Part shown: piece by piece, positions 27,840 to 41,705 of the stretch
How positions within the stretch are numbered: position 1 is the first letter of the stretch
Layout: every line of letters starts with the position of its first letter
Made by a program: the position numbers and the translations under genes
Source: Eledone cirrhosa
Taxonomy: Eukaryota
Reading direction: 5' to 3'
Assembly: GCA_964016885.1 (NCBI GenBank)
Contig: OZ024743.1
Location: forward strand, 344,100,001-344,164,000
DNA: 64,000 bases
Notes under the pieces: model-generated
Seen by the model: only the letters and a program-made list of their open reading frames with translations
Told to the model about the DNA's origin: nothing
The model's database searches: none

Positions 27840-28475
27840 ATTTATATATTTATACTCGGATTTCTTTCCTAGAGTGCTTAAATTATTTGTGACTAATCCT
27901 GGTATATAAAAAAAAAAAACCGCGATAATATTGCCTTTTGCTGAATTCCTTATTGTAGAGTTTTTTTCGGAATGTTTTTGACTGGTGTTTCATGTAAACA
28001 AACATTCGTCTCATTCTGACGTCACCAGCCCTGTTTTTCCACATATGCGTTTTATTTTCATAATCACGCATGATGTTAAACTAGCCTGCTTTTAAATTCC
28101 CTTTTTGGCATATTAATCAGTGAGAATTTGGCTATCGTGTTGAGCTCTGCTGACGATCGAATTCCAACCGTGACCATCTCGACTGAAAGTTTTCGTGAAA
28201 TAGTCTTTTCAAGACTATACAGAGCATTTGTAGTTGTCCCAAATTGAAGGATGAGTATTTTAAACTTTATTTTATCATGAGGTAAGGCTCTATTGATTTC
28301 TCCCTGGATTTCACTAAATTCTGTTGGATAAATCTATATCCTGACTCTTTTTGAATTGAGTTAGAATTATTTTTCCCCACATCTTACCTTAACTATTTTC
28401 CCATTTTGACGCTATAGTCACTTATATATTATGGAATACTGTTGGCTTCTTGCTACAATACTTTCTATACCTTTC

Positions 28476-28567
<92 letters not shown>

Positions 28568-28669
28568 AAAGAATGAAGAATAACATGGTCGGCTGTAGAA
28601 AAAGAGTTTATTTACAGTATTAACAATTGTTTCGTTAATACATACATACATAGACATACACACACACAT

Positions 28670-28744
<75 letters not shown>

Positions 28745-28784
28745 CGCGCGCACACACACACACACACACACATGTATATATATA

Positions 28785-29175
28785 AAGATTCAGGACCCTG
28801 ACGGCTAAGCTCCGGCCGTTTCAACAGCTAGATCCGAACTAAAGCGCCAGTCTTCGAAAAGGCGGGAATCTAGCTGTACTTATCAAGGGGTGCAGTCAAT
28901 ATATGGGCAGATAGTCAAAGCAAAAGAAATATCTTAGAAAATGTTAAGACAATTTTTTGCTTGCCTCTCTGCCCATATATTGACTGTACCCCTTGATACG
29001 TTCTGGTAGATTCCCGCCGTTCGAATACTGGCGCTTTAGTTCGGATCTAGCTGTCGAAATAGCCTTAGCTCAGCTGTCGGGGGTCCTAAATCTTTTCATA
29101 TTACCCACTTTACTAACCAGGGTATCAAGTACTCTGGTGAGTTATAGTCCACCTGGTTTTTTTTACCACACACTA

Positions 29176-29180
<5 letters not shown>
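28785..29180 (+). mobile_element. Long fold-back element (imperfect ~315 bp hairpin of two inverted hammerheads) plus tail
   Basis: 28785-28925 is the reverse complement of ~28955-29098; tail 29099-29180; TA-rich flanks. Confidence 0.8.
28795..28891 (-). ncRNA. Full type I hammerhead motif, U3:A8 core (inverted partner at ~28988-29084, + strand)
   Basis: ACCCC UUGAUAA GU-ACAGCUAGAU...AUCUAGCUGU-U GAAA CGGC-(9 nt)-GCCG UC AGGGU. The partner has UUGAUAC and GUC GGGGU. Confidence 0.7.
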
Positions 29181-29213
<33 letters not shown>

Positions 29214-29366
29214 TTTTCAAAAGTAGAAACCAGTAAAGGAACCAAATAAATATATATATTTTTTTTAAAATAAGACTCCAGTTGCATTTTCGATTTCATC
29301 TTTTTTTCTTTATAGTTTCACTCGTGTAGGACACCGGTTATTTTTCATTTTGTAAAAAAACCTCAC

Positions 29367-29414
<48 letters not shown>

Positions 29415-29475
29415 GAAGTAATTCCGTCGGAAAAGTCCAGGAAAGTAGAGTGCTCTATGTAGGTAACAGAGCTTA

Positions 29476-29605
29476 ATAGTTATGTAATAAACAACATAAG
29501 GCAATTATTCCATTTACCAGTGGTTTCTTAAAAGCAAAATCTTTTGCTTTTAAGAAACCACTGGTAAATGGAATAATTGCCTTATGTTGTTTATTACATA
29601 ACTAT
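29476..29605. repeat. Perfect palindrome, 64-bp arms with a 2-nt loop
   Basis: ATAGTTATGTAA...AAGCAAAA TC TTTTGCTT...TTACATAACTAT; each arm carries GAAA CCACTGG TA (a hammerhead 3' half). Confidence 0.9.
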
Positions 29606-29757
29606 ATATATATATATATACCACTCTCTCCTACTTCTCCAACCCCTGCATATCTTTCTCTCTCTCTCCCTCTCCCCTACTTTTCTCTCTTCCTTTTCTA
29701 CACTATCTTCCCCAACAACCCCACTTAAGGGTATTTACATTGTACATTTTACCATTC

Positions 29758-29869
29758 TGCTCTGAGGAAACAGTAGTCACAGCATTGAATATTTGAGTTC
29801 TGCAAGTACTTGTGAATTTGCACATAGCATAACTAGGCTGTAGTACCACCGCAGAAACACTTGTAAGCA
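29758..29869 (+). ncRNA. Type I hammerhead motif with ~85 nt extended stem II
   Basis: UGCU CUGAGGA ...ACAGC...UGCAA..UUGCA...GCUGU... GAAA CACUUG UA AGCA; GUA triplet; AATAAA just downstream. Confidence 0.55.
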
Positions 29870-29931
29870 CACGGAATAAATTACCTTTTATGATGTCTAC
29901 CTGTTATTATTCATTCTTTATATATATATAT

Positions 29932-30190
29932 ATTAGAAAGTGTGGTTTTTTTTACAAAATGAAAAATAACCGCGGTGTCCTACACGAGTGAAACTATAAA
30001 GAAAAAAAGATGAAATCGAAAATGCAACTGGAGTCTTATTTTAAAAAAAATATATATATTTATTTGGTTCCTTTACCGGTTTCTACTTTTGAAAAGAAGA
30101 AGAACTGCGAAACCGGTAAAGGAACCAAATAAATATATATATATTTTCAAAAATAAGACTCCAGTTGCATTTTCGATTTCATCTTTTTTT

Positions 30191-30195
<5 letters not shown>
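29932..30195. mobile_element. Fold-back element with tail; inverted partial copy at 29212-29375; hammerhead (U3:A8) at 30086-30121 on +
   Basis: Arms ~29995-30083 and 30109-30195. CUU UUGAAAA GAAG-AAGAA-CUGC GAAA CCGG UA AAG; the 29212 copy reads UUGAAAA GCA, restoring stem II. Confidence 0.7.
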
Positions 30196-30275
<80 letters not shown>

Positions 30276-30283
<8 letters not shown>

Positions 30284-30415
30284 AGAGTCGGGTTTCGACG
30301 GCAAAGATCTTGCCGTTTCGACAGCTAGTTCCAGACTCTGGAAACAGCTGTCGAAACGGCAAGAGCTCAACCGTCGAGTCCCGACACTTTATAATATACC
30401 CATATTCTACTACCG
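30276..30415 (+). mobile_element. Fold-back element of the 28785 family
   Basis: Hairpin centred near 30336 with CAGCTGTC GAAA CGGC...CCG TC; partial tail ...CCCATATTCTACTACC. Confidence 0.7.
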
Positions 30416-30754
30416 TTTGGAACACTCTTACAACTGACGGAGATCCTACTTGTGTCTGTAGAATACTTCGCCATTGAAACCGTAAGTTAGCGAGGAGGTT
30501 GTTCCTTTGACAGAATAAAAGGAAAACTCGTCGTCAAAAACGATGGAGGCTCATTTTTTTTACATCTACTTGTTGAATACTCAAACACTTGCACGATAAT
30601 TTAACGAACAAGCCGTTCCGTTCACCGAGGGACTGGACTGCTCGTCGTGGGATTCGACGGAGGCTCATTCTATGGGTATACATATATGTATGCTCATGTA
30701 TGTGTGATGCAGAAAGCAAAAACAACACATTTACACACATCCACCTACACATAC

Positions 30755-30876
30755 AAAAAGCAAAAAACAAATGCCTACCTTCTCTTTTCCGTCCCAAAAA
30801 GCAAAAAACAAATGCCTACCTTCTCTTTTCCGTCCTAAAAAGTAAAAAACAAAATGCCTACTTCTCTTTTCCGTCC
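30755..30876. repeat. 41-bp tandem repeat, three copies
   Basis: AAAAAGCAAAAAACAAATGCCTACCTTCTCTTTTCCGTCC. Confidence 0.9.
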
Positions 30877-31242
30877 AATTTTCGTCTTCCACCCCATGCA
30901 ATCACCTTTGGAAGTGTCTATAAATAATTCTTATTATATTACAACCTGATTATTTCTTTACTTATTTTATTGTTGGTATAGTTTGCCTTTTGTTTATTTA
31001 TTAGTATTTTGTATTGAATTGTATTATATTGTATTTATTTATTTATCTTTTATTATATATATCTCAGGATTGTTTTTATTATTTTTAATTATTTTTTGTT
31101 TTCAGTTTGCTTTGTATTTTACATTTCTTCGTTTCGTTTATTCCATTGGTGGTGGATGTGTGAAATTGGTTAATATTTATTTTCAGTTAAATAACAAATA
31201 GTATCAAATGATATCACGCTATGTAATCCGGGCCCTGTCCAA

Positions 31243-31273
<31 letters not shown>

Positions 31274-33280
31274 GGTTTAGCCAATCGCTGTAGTTGTTGG
31301 CGTTGACCTGCAGTTCGAATGGAACAATGAAAATAAAGAATATATAAATAAACAATAAATACAATTAAAAAGCAAAACAAGAAGCAAACACAACGGCAAC
31401 AAAGACAATAACACGAAAGGCAACAACTACAACAACAACGAGAATACGGGCAGCTACCAGAATGGTAGCAATAACGACGACGACGACAACTAAACAACAG
31501 CAACATCAACGAGAACAAGGACAGCAACAACGACGACAACGGCAATGATGGCACCAACGATAACAACAAAAATACCACCACCACTATCACCACCTCCGCC
31601 GCCGCTGCCGCCACCATCACCACCACCACCACCACCTCACCACCACTACCGAATCCACCGCAACCGCAACCATCACTACCATCACCACTTCCATCACCAC
31701 CACCACCACCACCACCACCACTATCATCAATAACAACGCTACCATCACTACCAAATGCACCACAGCCGCAATATTCACTACCAACAATAACAACAACAAC
31801 AACAACAGCAACAACGACGATGACGACGACGACGACAACATTAACAGAAGCATGGCCACCCATGGTCATACGGTCCGTTAAAAATAGCAGCGAAATCTGC
31901 TCTGAAACAACACTCTATTGTCTTTAAAATATTTTTCCTAAGACTCAAGAGGTGAAATCATTAGAACATCAGATAGAATGCTTTGCTGGATTTGTTCAGG
32001 CTCCTTGGGTTCTCAAACCCTTCGAAGGTCAAATTTGTCTTTTATCATTTCTCTCTCCTCCCGTCCTCTGCCACTCTCTTTCTATGAAAGACATCAGCTT
32101 TAATCAGAACTGGAGAGGAATATTGAGAGGTTTATATATATATATATATATATCTACGATTACATCAAGAGTTCAGCATTAATGTATGTTTGGATAATCA
32201 AACAAAATTAATTAGTTAATGTGTGGAAAAAAGACGTGATGGTAACGATCACAGTTTTATATAAATTTGTATAACTTAATTAAATATATAATAATTGCCT
32301 GCAATCAATAAATAAATTACTAAACATCATTGCTGTGTCATAGTGTTGTGGAAAATATCTGAAGTGGTGGAGAGGGTCATATAGTGTTGTGACCTATCAC
32401 AAGGTTTGGTGTGGGTGAATGTAGACTGTGTGGTCAGTATAAGAAGTGTCAAGAACTTGTTTTGTCAGCTTATCAGACTGCAGGGTGAAAATATATTATC
32501 TGGATCAAAATTTCTGTGTAAAGTTGGTTTTGTTTGTGGTAGAAAAGAAATCATCAATGCATGCCAGCCTCCACATCACCAACATTGTCCATGTTTGGAT
32601 AATCAAACAAAACTAATTAGTTAAGGTGTGGAAAAAAGACGTGATGGAAACATGAACAATCTTTGATCAAAGGTTTTCTCAATGAGAACTGATCGAGCTG
32701 TAAACACTGATGTTCCCCCCTAAAACTATATATTTCTGGGCTTTCTAAGATCTAGAATTGACGATTATGTTATGCTTTATTGATCAGTTTCAATAAGCCG
32801 TTCAGGCGCTGTGTATATGAATATCATATTGTCCAATGTGTTCTTCTGTTAAAGACAGTAGGGTTGTTACTGATCAAGAAGGCCTGAGTTTAGAAGCCTT
32901 TCAACTGTGACTAACTCGTTGAACTTAGGACCAACATATCCAATGTGTATTTCTCTTCTAACATGTTAGAGCGCGATTTAAGTGTTATTTGTGGGCTGTT
33001 CAAGCTACCTGATTGATCGTATATAGACTGCCTATTTGCCTACATATGTTATATTTTTGCTGTTATTTAGCCTCAGGCCAGGAATATTCGACGTTTATAC
33101 ACATGCACATTCACAACTACATACATTCATATATTCGTACATATATAAATACATACAGGGTTATGTAGATCAGGATTATACTAGTTTAAACTAGATTATA
33201 TAGATCAGAATTATACTAGTTGAAACTAGTAAGACTAGATATACTAGTTTAAACTAGTATAGTACTCGATACTTGAGATA

Positions 33281-33469
33281 ATTGTTTCTACTTTTGGCAC
33301 AAAGCCAGCAATTATCCCAGTTTATTACTGGTACTTTATTTTATCGACCCCGTAAGGATGAAAGGCAAAGTTAACCTCGGCGGGATTTGAACTCAGAATG
33401 GCAAGGGCCGTAACTGTTTGCTGCAAAGCATGGTGTCAGACCCTCTACCGATACTGCCAATCCACAGCC
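33281..33469 (-). mobile_element. Full-length SINE with target-site duplication CTTGAGATAAT
   Basis: The 11-mer occurs at 33272 and 33470. Confidence 0.9.
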
Positions 33470-33781
33470 CTTGAGATAATAGAGTGTAAATATAGTAGAG
33501 AGTTGGGGCCTGACTGTTGAGTCTGGAATTCGTAGTGGATACAGCAAGAGCTCAGCCGTCTGGCTCAGACTCTCTAGTATATAGGATAATATATATATAT
33601 ATACATATGGTCACACCCCTACACACACGCACACACACACACACATATATATATGCGCATAACTACATAAATCTACACTAGTATGTACGCACATGCACCT
33701 ACATATATACATACACGTACACAAAAATATATATATACATAGATACATTCAAATATACACATACTCACCCCCCCCCCATAT

Positions 33782-33826
<45 letters not shown>

Positions 33827-34061
33827 TATTCATTTATTTTCTTTTTGAGATTGCACTGTTGCTATTCTGAGTGTAATCTCAGTAACATATTTCTTCGCAT
33901 TTGTAAATCCAAATTTACGGATACATACATACATACATACATACATACATACATACATAAATACATACATACATACATACATACATACATACATAGATAC
34001 ATACATACATACATACATACATACATACATACATACATACATACATAAATACATACATACA

Positions 34062-34387
34062 TAGTTAGGAAATTACACAACTAGTTAGGAAATTACAAGT
34101 ACAATCCATTAATGGAACAGTAACAATATGTAAAACATTCCAAAAATGTTGCATCTAATAACTGCATATACACATGTACAGATACAAAGCATATACACAT
34201 GCACACATACAACTCAAAACATCCACATCCACACATACAATAACATCCATATCTACACATGCATGCATACAAACATACCTACCTAGTTGATGTTGTGTAA
34301 ATTCCAATGAGAGAGTCTTGTGTCTATGTTAGAAACCGACTCTCTCTCTATTGGTAAAACTTTGTGAAATTATAAAACCAGAAGAAC
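34062..34387 (+). mobile_element. Short 3' fragment of Dong/R4 subfamily A in (CATA)n
   Basis: Matches 37160-37467; ends CCAGAAGAA|CATACATAC; TAGTTAGGAAATTAC is duplicated at the 5' junction. Confidence 0.85.
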
Positions 34388-34428
34388 ATACATACATAGA
34401 TACATACACACATACATAGATACATACA

Positions 34429-35327
34429 TCTATATATATAAAACTGTGGTTGTCTGTCTGTCTATCGATTTTTGGCACACATCTCCTCTTAGAATCTCTC
34501 ACGGAATTGCACCGAAATTGCTAGACTTGTACATTGAGCCCTAGCGAAGACATCGGAAAAAAAAAAATTTCAAATTGACCCACCCTATCTGACGAAATCG
34601 AATATAATGTATCGATTTTTGAGCGTAAGTTATCAGTTATTTCCCTTTGTTCTGTTTACATTGAGCGTCTTACGTAAAAAATTACGCTGGCTTTCTCAGC
34701 GTTTAAAATGACACGAACAGTTGTCGAGCCAGCAAAATATTGACCTGCAAAATTCATCAGTTCGAACACTAAGCTTCCGTTTTGCTTCATTTCCATTTAA
34801 AAGCATTTTAAAACAATATTTTTACTTGAAAACAAGTCTATTTAAAGACTACGTAAAACAAGCAAATATTTCGTCGTTAGGCGTGCAGACAGACAGTCGT
34901 GCAGACAGACAGTCGTGCAGAGAGGTGATATAGGCGTGCAGACAGACAGTCGTGCAGAGAGGTGATATAGGCGTGCAGACAGACAGTCGTGCAGAGAGGT
35001 GATATAGGCGTGCAGACAGACATAACTGATAATTTGGTTACGCTAATGTTTTTCTCTGCGTTGCAGTGTTTACATTTTCGATCTTTGTTAATAAATAACC
35101 AGTGCAGTTTCTATCCCCAGCATCCTCTTTTGTTATAACATTCGGGTTATCGTTATGTTTTCTTAACTTCATAAGGCATATTGTTGGTTGAGGGAATATT
35201 AATCAAAAACACCACATGCAAGTCTGCACAGTAGACACTACAGTTTTTAAGCCAAGAAAGAAACTTAACATTGTAACTTTAACACAGCTACTGAGCGACC
35301 CCGAGCAACGCCAGGCTTTACTGCTAG
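34429..35327 (+). mobile_element. Non-autonomous Helitron with an internal 37-bp tandem repeat (34878-35022)
   Basis: A|TCTATATATATAAAA...CCCGAGCAACGCCAGG...CTAG|T; removing the element restores ACATAC with no target-site duplication. Confidence 0.8.
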
Positions 35328-35380
35328 TACATTATAAAACTAGAAGAACATAAATACATAGAGGCATAGATACATACATA

Positions 35381-37467
35381 TCTTGGATGATAGAGGCCCT
35401 CCAACTTTCTAAAGTCCCAGACATTATTGTCAGAGCCATAGAGAGGCTGTCTTCTTCTTGGGATACTATCCTAAGTTTAAAGACAGAGAGGGAGGACTCT
35501 ATTTTCACTGATAAAATAAAATATTGCAGGGGTATATTTCAGGAGGACAGTCTCTCTGTGATATTATTCATCTTGTCATTAAACCCCTTGTCCTTTCTGC
35601 TCAAGAAATGTGAGGGATACATCATTGGCTCACAGGAGGACAGAAATACGAACCTAACCCAAAATTTATTTGTGGACGATCTGAAACTCTATGCCAAGAA
35701 CATGGATGGGATGAAGAAAGATCTTGACCTGGTTACAACGTTCTCAAAGGATATAGGAATGGAGTTTGGCCAAGATAAATGCTCATACATGACTGTAAAG
35801 AGGGTACAAACAACAACCCAATCTAGCAACATTGTCATCAATGGCCTAACTGTTTCACCGATATCTGATGAGGACTGCTACAGATACCTGGGGATAGATG
35901 AGAACATATCCTATAATGGTATCTGTAATAAAGAACGCGTAACCAAGGAATACTACACCCGATTAAGAAAGATCTAGTCATCGGAACTCTCTGCGCAAAA
36001 CAAAACAGTGGCTCACAATGTGTTTGCTGTGCCTGTCCTAACACCAACGTTTGGAATACTCAATTTGACGATAGACGAAATCCGAGCAGTTGATGTTGGA
36101 ACTCGAAAAATACTGAACAACACTGGAAACTTCCACATCAACAGTGACATAGACCGCCTTTACTTGAAACGTAAGCAGGGAGGCAGAGGCCTAATATCAG
36201 TCCAGACAACATTTGAATGTCGCATCATATCTCTCCGACAACATCTACGAACCTCGAAGCGTATGAACCCGTTTCTCGAGCAAGTCTATCTGCATGAAAC
36301 AGATAAGATCATGAGAGTTGGGAAGGAACTCCTCGAGAGTTATTCCCTGTGTGATAATCAAAAACTCACACCCAGGGATGTCGCTCAGCAGTATCGCAGT
36401 GAATCCATGGATGAAAAACTGCATGCCTATCAGCAAAAAAAAAATCATGCATGGATATGTTGCCAGGAAGCTCCAGAGTGAGAGTAATATAGATAAGGAA
36501 AGTAGTCTATCTTGGACCAACAACCGCTATATTGTCTCCCACTTTGAAGGATACGCTTTTGCAATCCAGGAACAGGAGATTAGCACGAAATACCTGATTC
36601 ATAAAAGAGATAGGAATGCAGGCAAAACACCTAGATGTGATAACAAGTGCAGACTCTGCAGAACTAACATCGAGGATATCACCCATGTCATCAGCAGCTG
36701 TCCAAAGATGTCACCGCGGTACTATCTACCTATGAGGCATGATGTAGTGGCCAAAACACTGTACAATGAAGTTCGTAAAAAAGATAGCCCCGATAATAAA
36801 CACCACAAAAGCTACAGCAATGTGGAAGACATCCAGATACATAATATGAAAGAGTACTGGTGGAATGTTCCAGTAAAAACCCCAATAAAATGCAGGCATA
36901 ACAGACCAGATATTATGATATGGGACAGGGAGAAGAAAGCATGCACAGTAGTGGAAATTAGCTGCCCAGCAGATGTCAATATAATATCAAAGATTAGTGA
37001 AAAGGAGAAGATTTATGCAGAACTGATGAGAAATCTGCAGATACTCCACCCTGATTACACCTTCAGATTTATGCCTGTGATTATTGCGGCACTGGGATAT
37101 GTTAGTAACTGCCTCAATACAAATCTTGAGAAGCTAGGCTTCACAGGAACGGAAAGAACACAACTAGTTAGGAAATTACAAGTACAATCCATTAATGGAA
37201 CAGTAAAAATATGTAAGACATTCCAAAAATTGTTCATCTAATAACTGCATATATACATATACAGATGCAAAGCATATACACATGCACACATACAACTCAA
37301 AATACACACCCACACATACAATAACATCCATATCTACACATGCATGCATACATACATATCTACTTAGTTGATGTTGTGTAAATTCCAATGAGAGAGTCTT
37401 GTGTCTATGTTAGAAACCGACTCTCTCTCTATTGGTAAAACTTTGTGAAATTATAAAACCAGAAGAA
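35381..37467 (+). mobile_element. 5'-truncated R4/Dong-clade LINE, subfamily A (RT, CCHC, RLE), disrupted
   Basis: RGIFQEDSLS, FVDDLKLY, YRYLG, CRLC...HVISSC, RHD, RPDI, VEIS; stop at 35975-35977; frameshift in the A-run near 36440. Confidence 0.9.
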
Positions 37468-37539
37468 CATACATACATAGATACATACATACATATATGC
37501 ATACATACATACATATATATATACATTCATACATACACA

Positions 37540-38049
37540 ACAAACGAGGAAGAATATATTGAGACAGATGGCACTAAGGAATACTGGTGGAACTTGAAAA
37601 TAAAAACTGCCACCAAATTAAAGCACAACCGGCCTGAAACTGTTGTTTGGGACCACACATTGAAAACGTGTTCTGTTGTGGAGATCAGCTGCCCACTTGA
37701 TGTAAACGTTGTCAGAAAAATACAGGAGAAGGAGGACATCTACGGACCATTGATGAGGAGTTTACAAATCCAGTATCCAAGATACACCTTTAGCTTCATA
37801 CCCATCATTATTGGAGCTACGGGTTATATACCAACCCGCTTGGACCAAAGTACGACTGAACTTGGATTTGCTGACAAAGAGCGCAGCTCCCTAATTCATA
37901 GTCTACAAATGGCTGCGATAGCTGGCACCTTCAAAATTTGCAAAACATTCTTGCGATTCAAGGGATGACAATTTCTTTTCTTTTACAACCTTGCCACCAG
38001 GAAGGTGGCCGGTCAAAAAAATATACTCGAAATTAAGAGAAAGAGATAA
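37540..38049 (+). mobile_element. 3' fragment of Dong/R4 subfamily B (copy B1)
   Basis: KEYWWN...HNRP...VVEISCPLD...KICKTFL; ends AAGAGAAAGAGATAA|CATAC. Confidence 0.85.
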
Positions 38050-38599
38050 CATACATACATAGATACATACATACATATTTATATGTGTGTACATAGACGG
38101 TAAGGCTCCAAGATAATTTCACACTCTTCAATACCGTTTTTCGCCAACTTTTAATGGTATTTAAAACACGACAATATAAAACTCCCCGCCTTAGAAAGAA
38201 ATCTATTTATTTACTCAGCTATTAGCTACAAATCCTCGAAGTTCTTCTATGGGGTGGGACCTATCTAGACCTTTACTCTCACTTTAACCTCCTTACACTT
38301 TATATTAACCTTGGTATTAAATACAGAAATTAGGAACTCTGATCTAGAGCCCTTTCCAAAGATGAAAGGCTTATCAGAAGCATACACACTCCCATCACTC
38401 ACGCCCCTTCCCCCCAAGTATTTGTTAACGGAGAAGTATTTATCAGGGAAACTTGTAGGTTAGTCTAGCATCGGAGGTTAACAAGAAAAGATATGTTGTA
38501 GGGCTTTAATATATAACACTTTATTTACAATGTGAAAATAGTTTCGATTCAGTCACCAGTAGACAAATACAAGAAATATTCACAAAGGAAATTGTGTAT

Positions 38600-41320
38600 G
38601 ATAGTGGTGTGGTATGTGTGTGTATATATATATGTGTTTGTGACGTAGTATATGTATGTATATATATATGTGTGTTTGTGTGATGTATGTGTAACGTAGT
38701 ATATGTGTGTATATGTGTGTTTGTGTGATGTATGTGAGATGTGGTATATGTGTGTATATATATATATGTGTGTTTGTGAGATGTGGTATATGTGTGTATA
38801 TATATATGTGTGTTTGTGTGATGTATGTGACGTAGTATATGTATGTATATATATGTTTGTTTGTGTGATGTATGTGTAACGTAGTATATGTGTGTGTATA
38901 TGTGTGTTTGTGTGATGTATGTGAGATGTGGTATATGTGTGTATATATATATATGTTTGTTTGTGTGGTGTATGTGAGATTTGTTTTGTGTGTATATATG
39001 TGTTTATGTGATGTATGTGAGACGTAGTATATGTGTGTTTATATGTGCGTTTATATGTGTATATATGTGTGTTTGTATGATGTATGTGAGATTTGTTTTG
39101 TGTGTATATATATGTGTTTGAGTGATGTATATGTAACGTAGTATATGTGTGTATATATGTGTCTTTGTGTGATGTATGTGAGATGTGGTATATGTGTATA
39201 TATATGAGTGTTTGTGTGATGTATGTGACCTAGTATATGTGTGTATGTATATATATGTGTTTGTGTGATGTATGTGTAACGTAGTATTTGTGTGTGTATA
39301 TGTGTGTTTGTGTGATGTATGTGAGATGTGGTATATGTGTGTATATATATATGTGTGTTTGTGTGATCTATGTTAGATTTGTTTAGTGTGTATATATGTG
39401 TGTTTGTGTGATGTATGTGTCACGTAGTATATGTGTGTATATATGTTTGTTTATGTGATGTATGTGAGACGTAGTATATGTGTTTATATGTGTGTTTATA
39501 TGTGTATATATGTGTGTTTGTGTGATGTATGTGTGATTTGTTTTGTGTGTATATATGTGTTTATGTGATGTATGTGAGACGTAGTATATGTGTGTTTATA
39601 TGTGTGTTTATATGTGTTTATATGTGTATATATGTGTGTTTGTGTGATGTATGTGAGACGTGGTATGTGTGTATATACGTGTTTGTGTGATGTATGTGTG
39701 ACGTAGTATATGTGTGTATATATATATGTGTTTGTGTGATGTATGTGTGACGTAGTATATGTGTATATATATATGTGTTTGTGTGATGTATGTGAGACGT
39801 AGTATATGTGTATATATATGTGTGTTTGTGGGTTTATATGTGTATTTATATGTGTATATATGTGTGTTTGTGTGATGTATGTGAGATTTGTTTTGTGTGT
39901 ATATATGTGTGTTTATGTGATGTATGTGAGATGAGGTATGTGTATGTGTATATGTGTGTTTGGTTGATGTATGTGAGACGTGGTATATGTGTGTATATAT
40001 GTGTGTTTATATGTGTATATATGTGTGTTTATGTGATGTATATGAGACGTAGTAGATGTGTGTATATATATATATATGTGTTTGTGTGATGTATGTGAGA
40101 CGTAGTATATGTGTGTGTATATATATGTGTTTGTGTGATGTATGTGAGACATAGTATATGTGTGTATATATGTGTATATATGTGTGTTTGTGTGATGTAT
40201 GTGAGACGTAGTATATATGTATATATGTGTGTGTTTGTGTGATGTATGTGAGACGTAGTATATATGTATATATGTGTGTTTGTGTGATGTATGTGAGACG
40301 TAGTATATATGTATATATGTGTGTTTGTGTGATGTATGTGAGACGAAGTATATATGTATATATGTGTGTTTGTGTGATGTATGTGAGACATAGTATATAT
40401 GTATATATGTGTGTTTGTGTGATGTATGTGAGACGTAGTATATACGTATATATGTGTGTTTGTGTGATGTATGTGAGACGTAGTATATATGTATATGTGT
40501 GTGTTTGTGTGATGTATGTGTGACGTAGTATATATGTATATATATGTGTATTTGTGTGATGTATGTGAGACGTAGTATATATGTATTTGTGTGTGTTTGT
40601 GTGATGTATGTGAGACGTAGTATATATGTATATATATGTGTGTGTTTGTGTGATGTATGTGAGACGTAGTATATATATGTATACATGTGTGTTTGTGTGA
40701 TGTATGTGAGACGTAGTATATATATATATATATGTGTGTTTGTGTGATGTATGTGAGACGTAGTATATATGTATATATATGTGTGTTTGTGTGATGTATG
40801 TGAGACGTAGTATATATATGTATATATGTGTGTTTGTGAGATGTATGTGAGACGTAGTATATATGTATATATATGTGTGTCTGTGTGATGTATGTGAGAC
40901 GTAGTATATATATGTATATATGTGTGTTTGTGAGATGTATGTGAGACGTAGTATATATGTATATATGTGTGTTTGTGCGATGTATGTGAGACGTAGTATA
41001 TATGTATATATATGTGTGTTTGTGTGATGTATGTGAGACGTAGTATATATGTATATGTGTGTGTTTGTGTGATGTATGTGAGACGTAGTATATATGTATA
41101 TGTGTGTTTGTTTGATGCATGTGAGACGTAGTATATATGTATATATATGTGTGTGTTTGTGTGATGTATGTGAGACGTAGTATATATGTATATATGTGTG
41201 TTTGTGTGATGTATGTGAGACGTAGTATATATATGTATATATGTGTGTGTTTGTGTGATGTATGTGAGACGTAGTATATATGTATATATATGTGTGTGTT
41301 TGTGTGATGTATGTGAGACA
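38600..41320. repeat. ~43-bp minisatellite array, ~2.7 kb
   Basis: Core GTTTGTGTGATGTATGTGAGACGTAGTATAT with variable TA/TG linkers. Confidence 0.95.
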
Positions 41321-41480
41321 TGGTGTTTATAGAATGTAATTATTTGAGTATCCATGGATATATGTATATCTCTATATACACAACAATACTCATGCAGGCA
41401 CACAATCGCACCATCGAGCAGACGCGCATACGTACATATATACACACATGCACACGCACATATATATATATATATACATT

Positions 41481-41515
<35 letters not shown>

Positions 41516-41520
41516 ATATA

Positions 41521-41705
41521 GGAAAAAGTATGTACCCGACGGCAGAGCTCAAGCCGTTTCGACGGCTATTTCTGGAAATAGCCGTCGAAACGGCTTGAGC
41601 TCTGCCGTCGGGGTCATACTTTTTCCTATTACCCACTCTACTACCCTAAGTATTGAGTACTCTGGTGCGTTATGGTTCATCTGGTTCCTTACCTCAATTC
41701 CTTCG

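Noticed and set aside
28148-28200. CUGACGA...GAAA hammerhead-like string
   Set aside because: No stem I pairing, and it overlaps another old repeat.
38530-38570. Minus-strand CUGGUGA...GAAACUA
   Set aside because: Core is mutated, and stems I and II do not pair.
39913-41445. 510 aa and 430 aa ORFs
   Set aside because: Translations of the 43-bp minisatellite.
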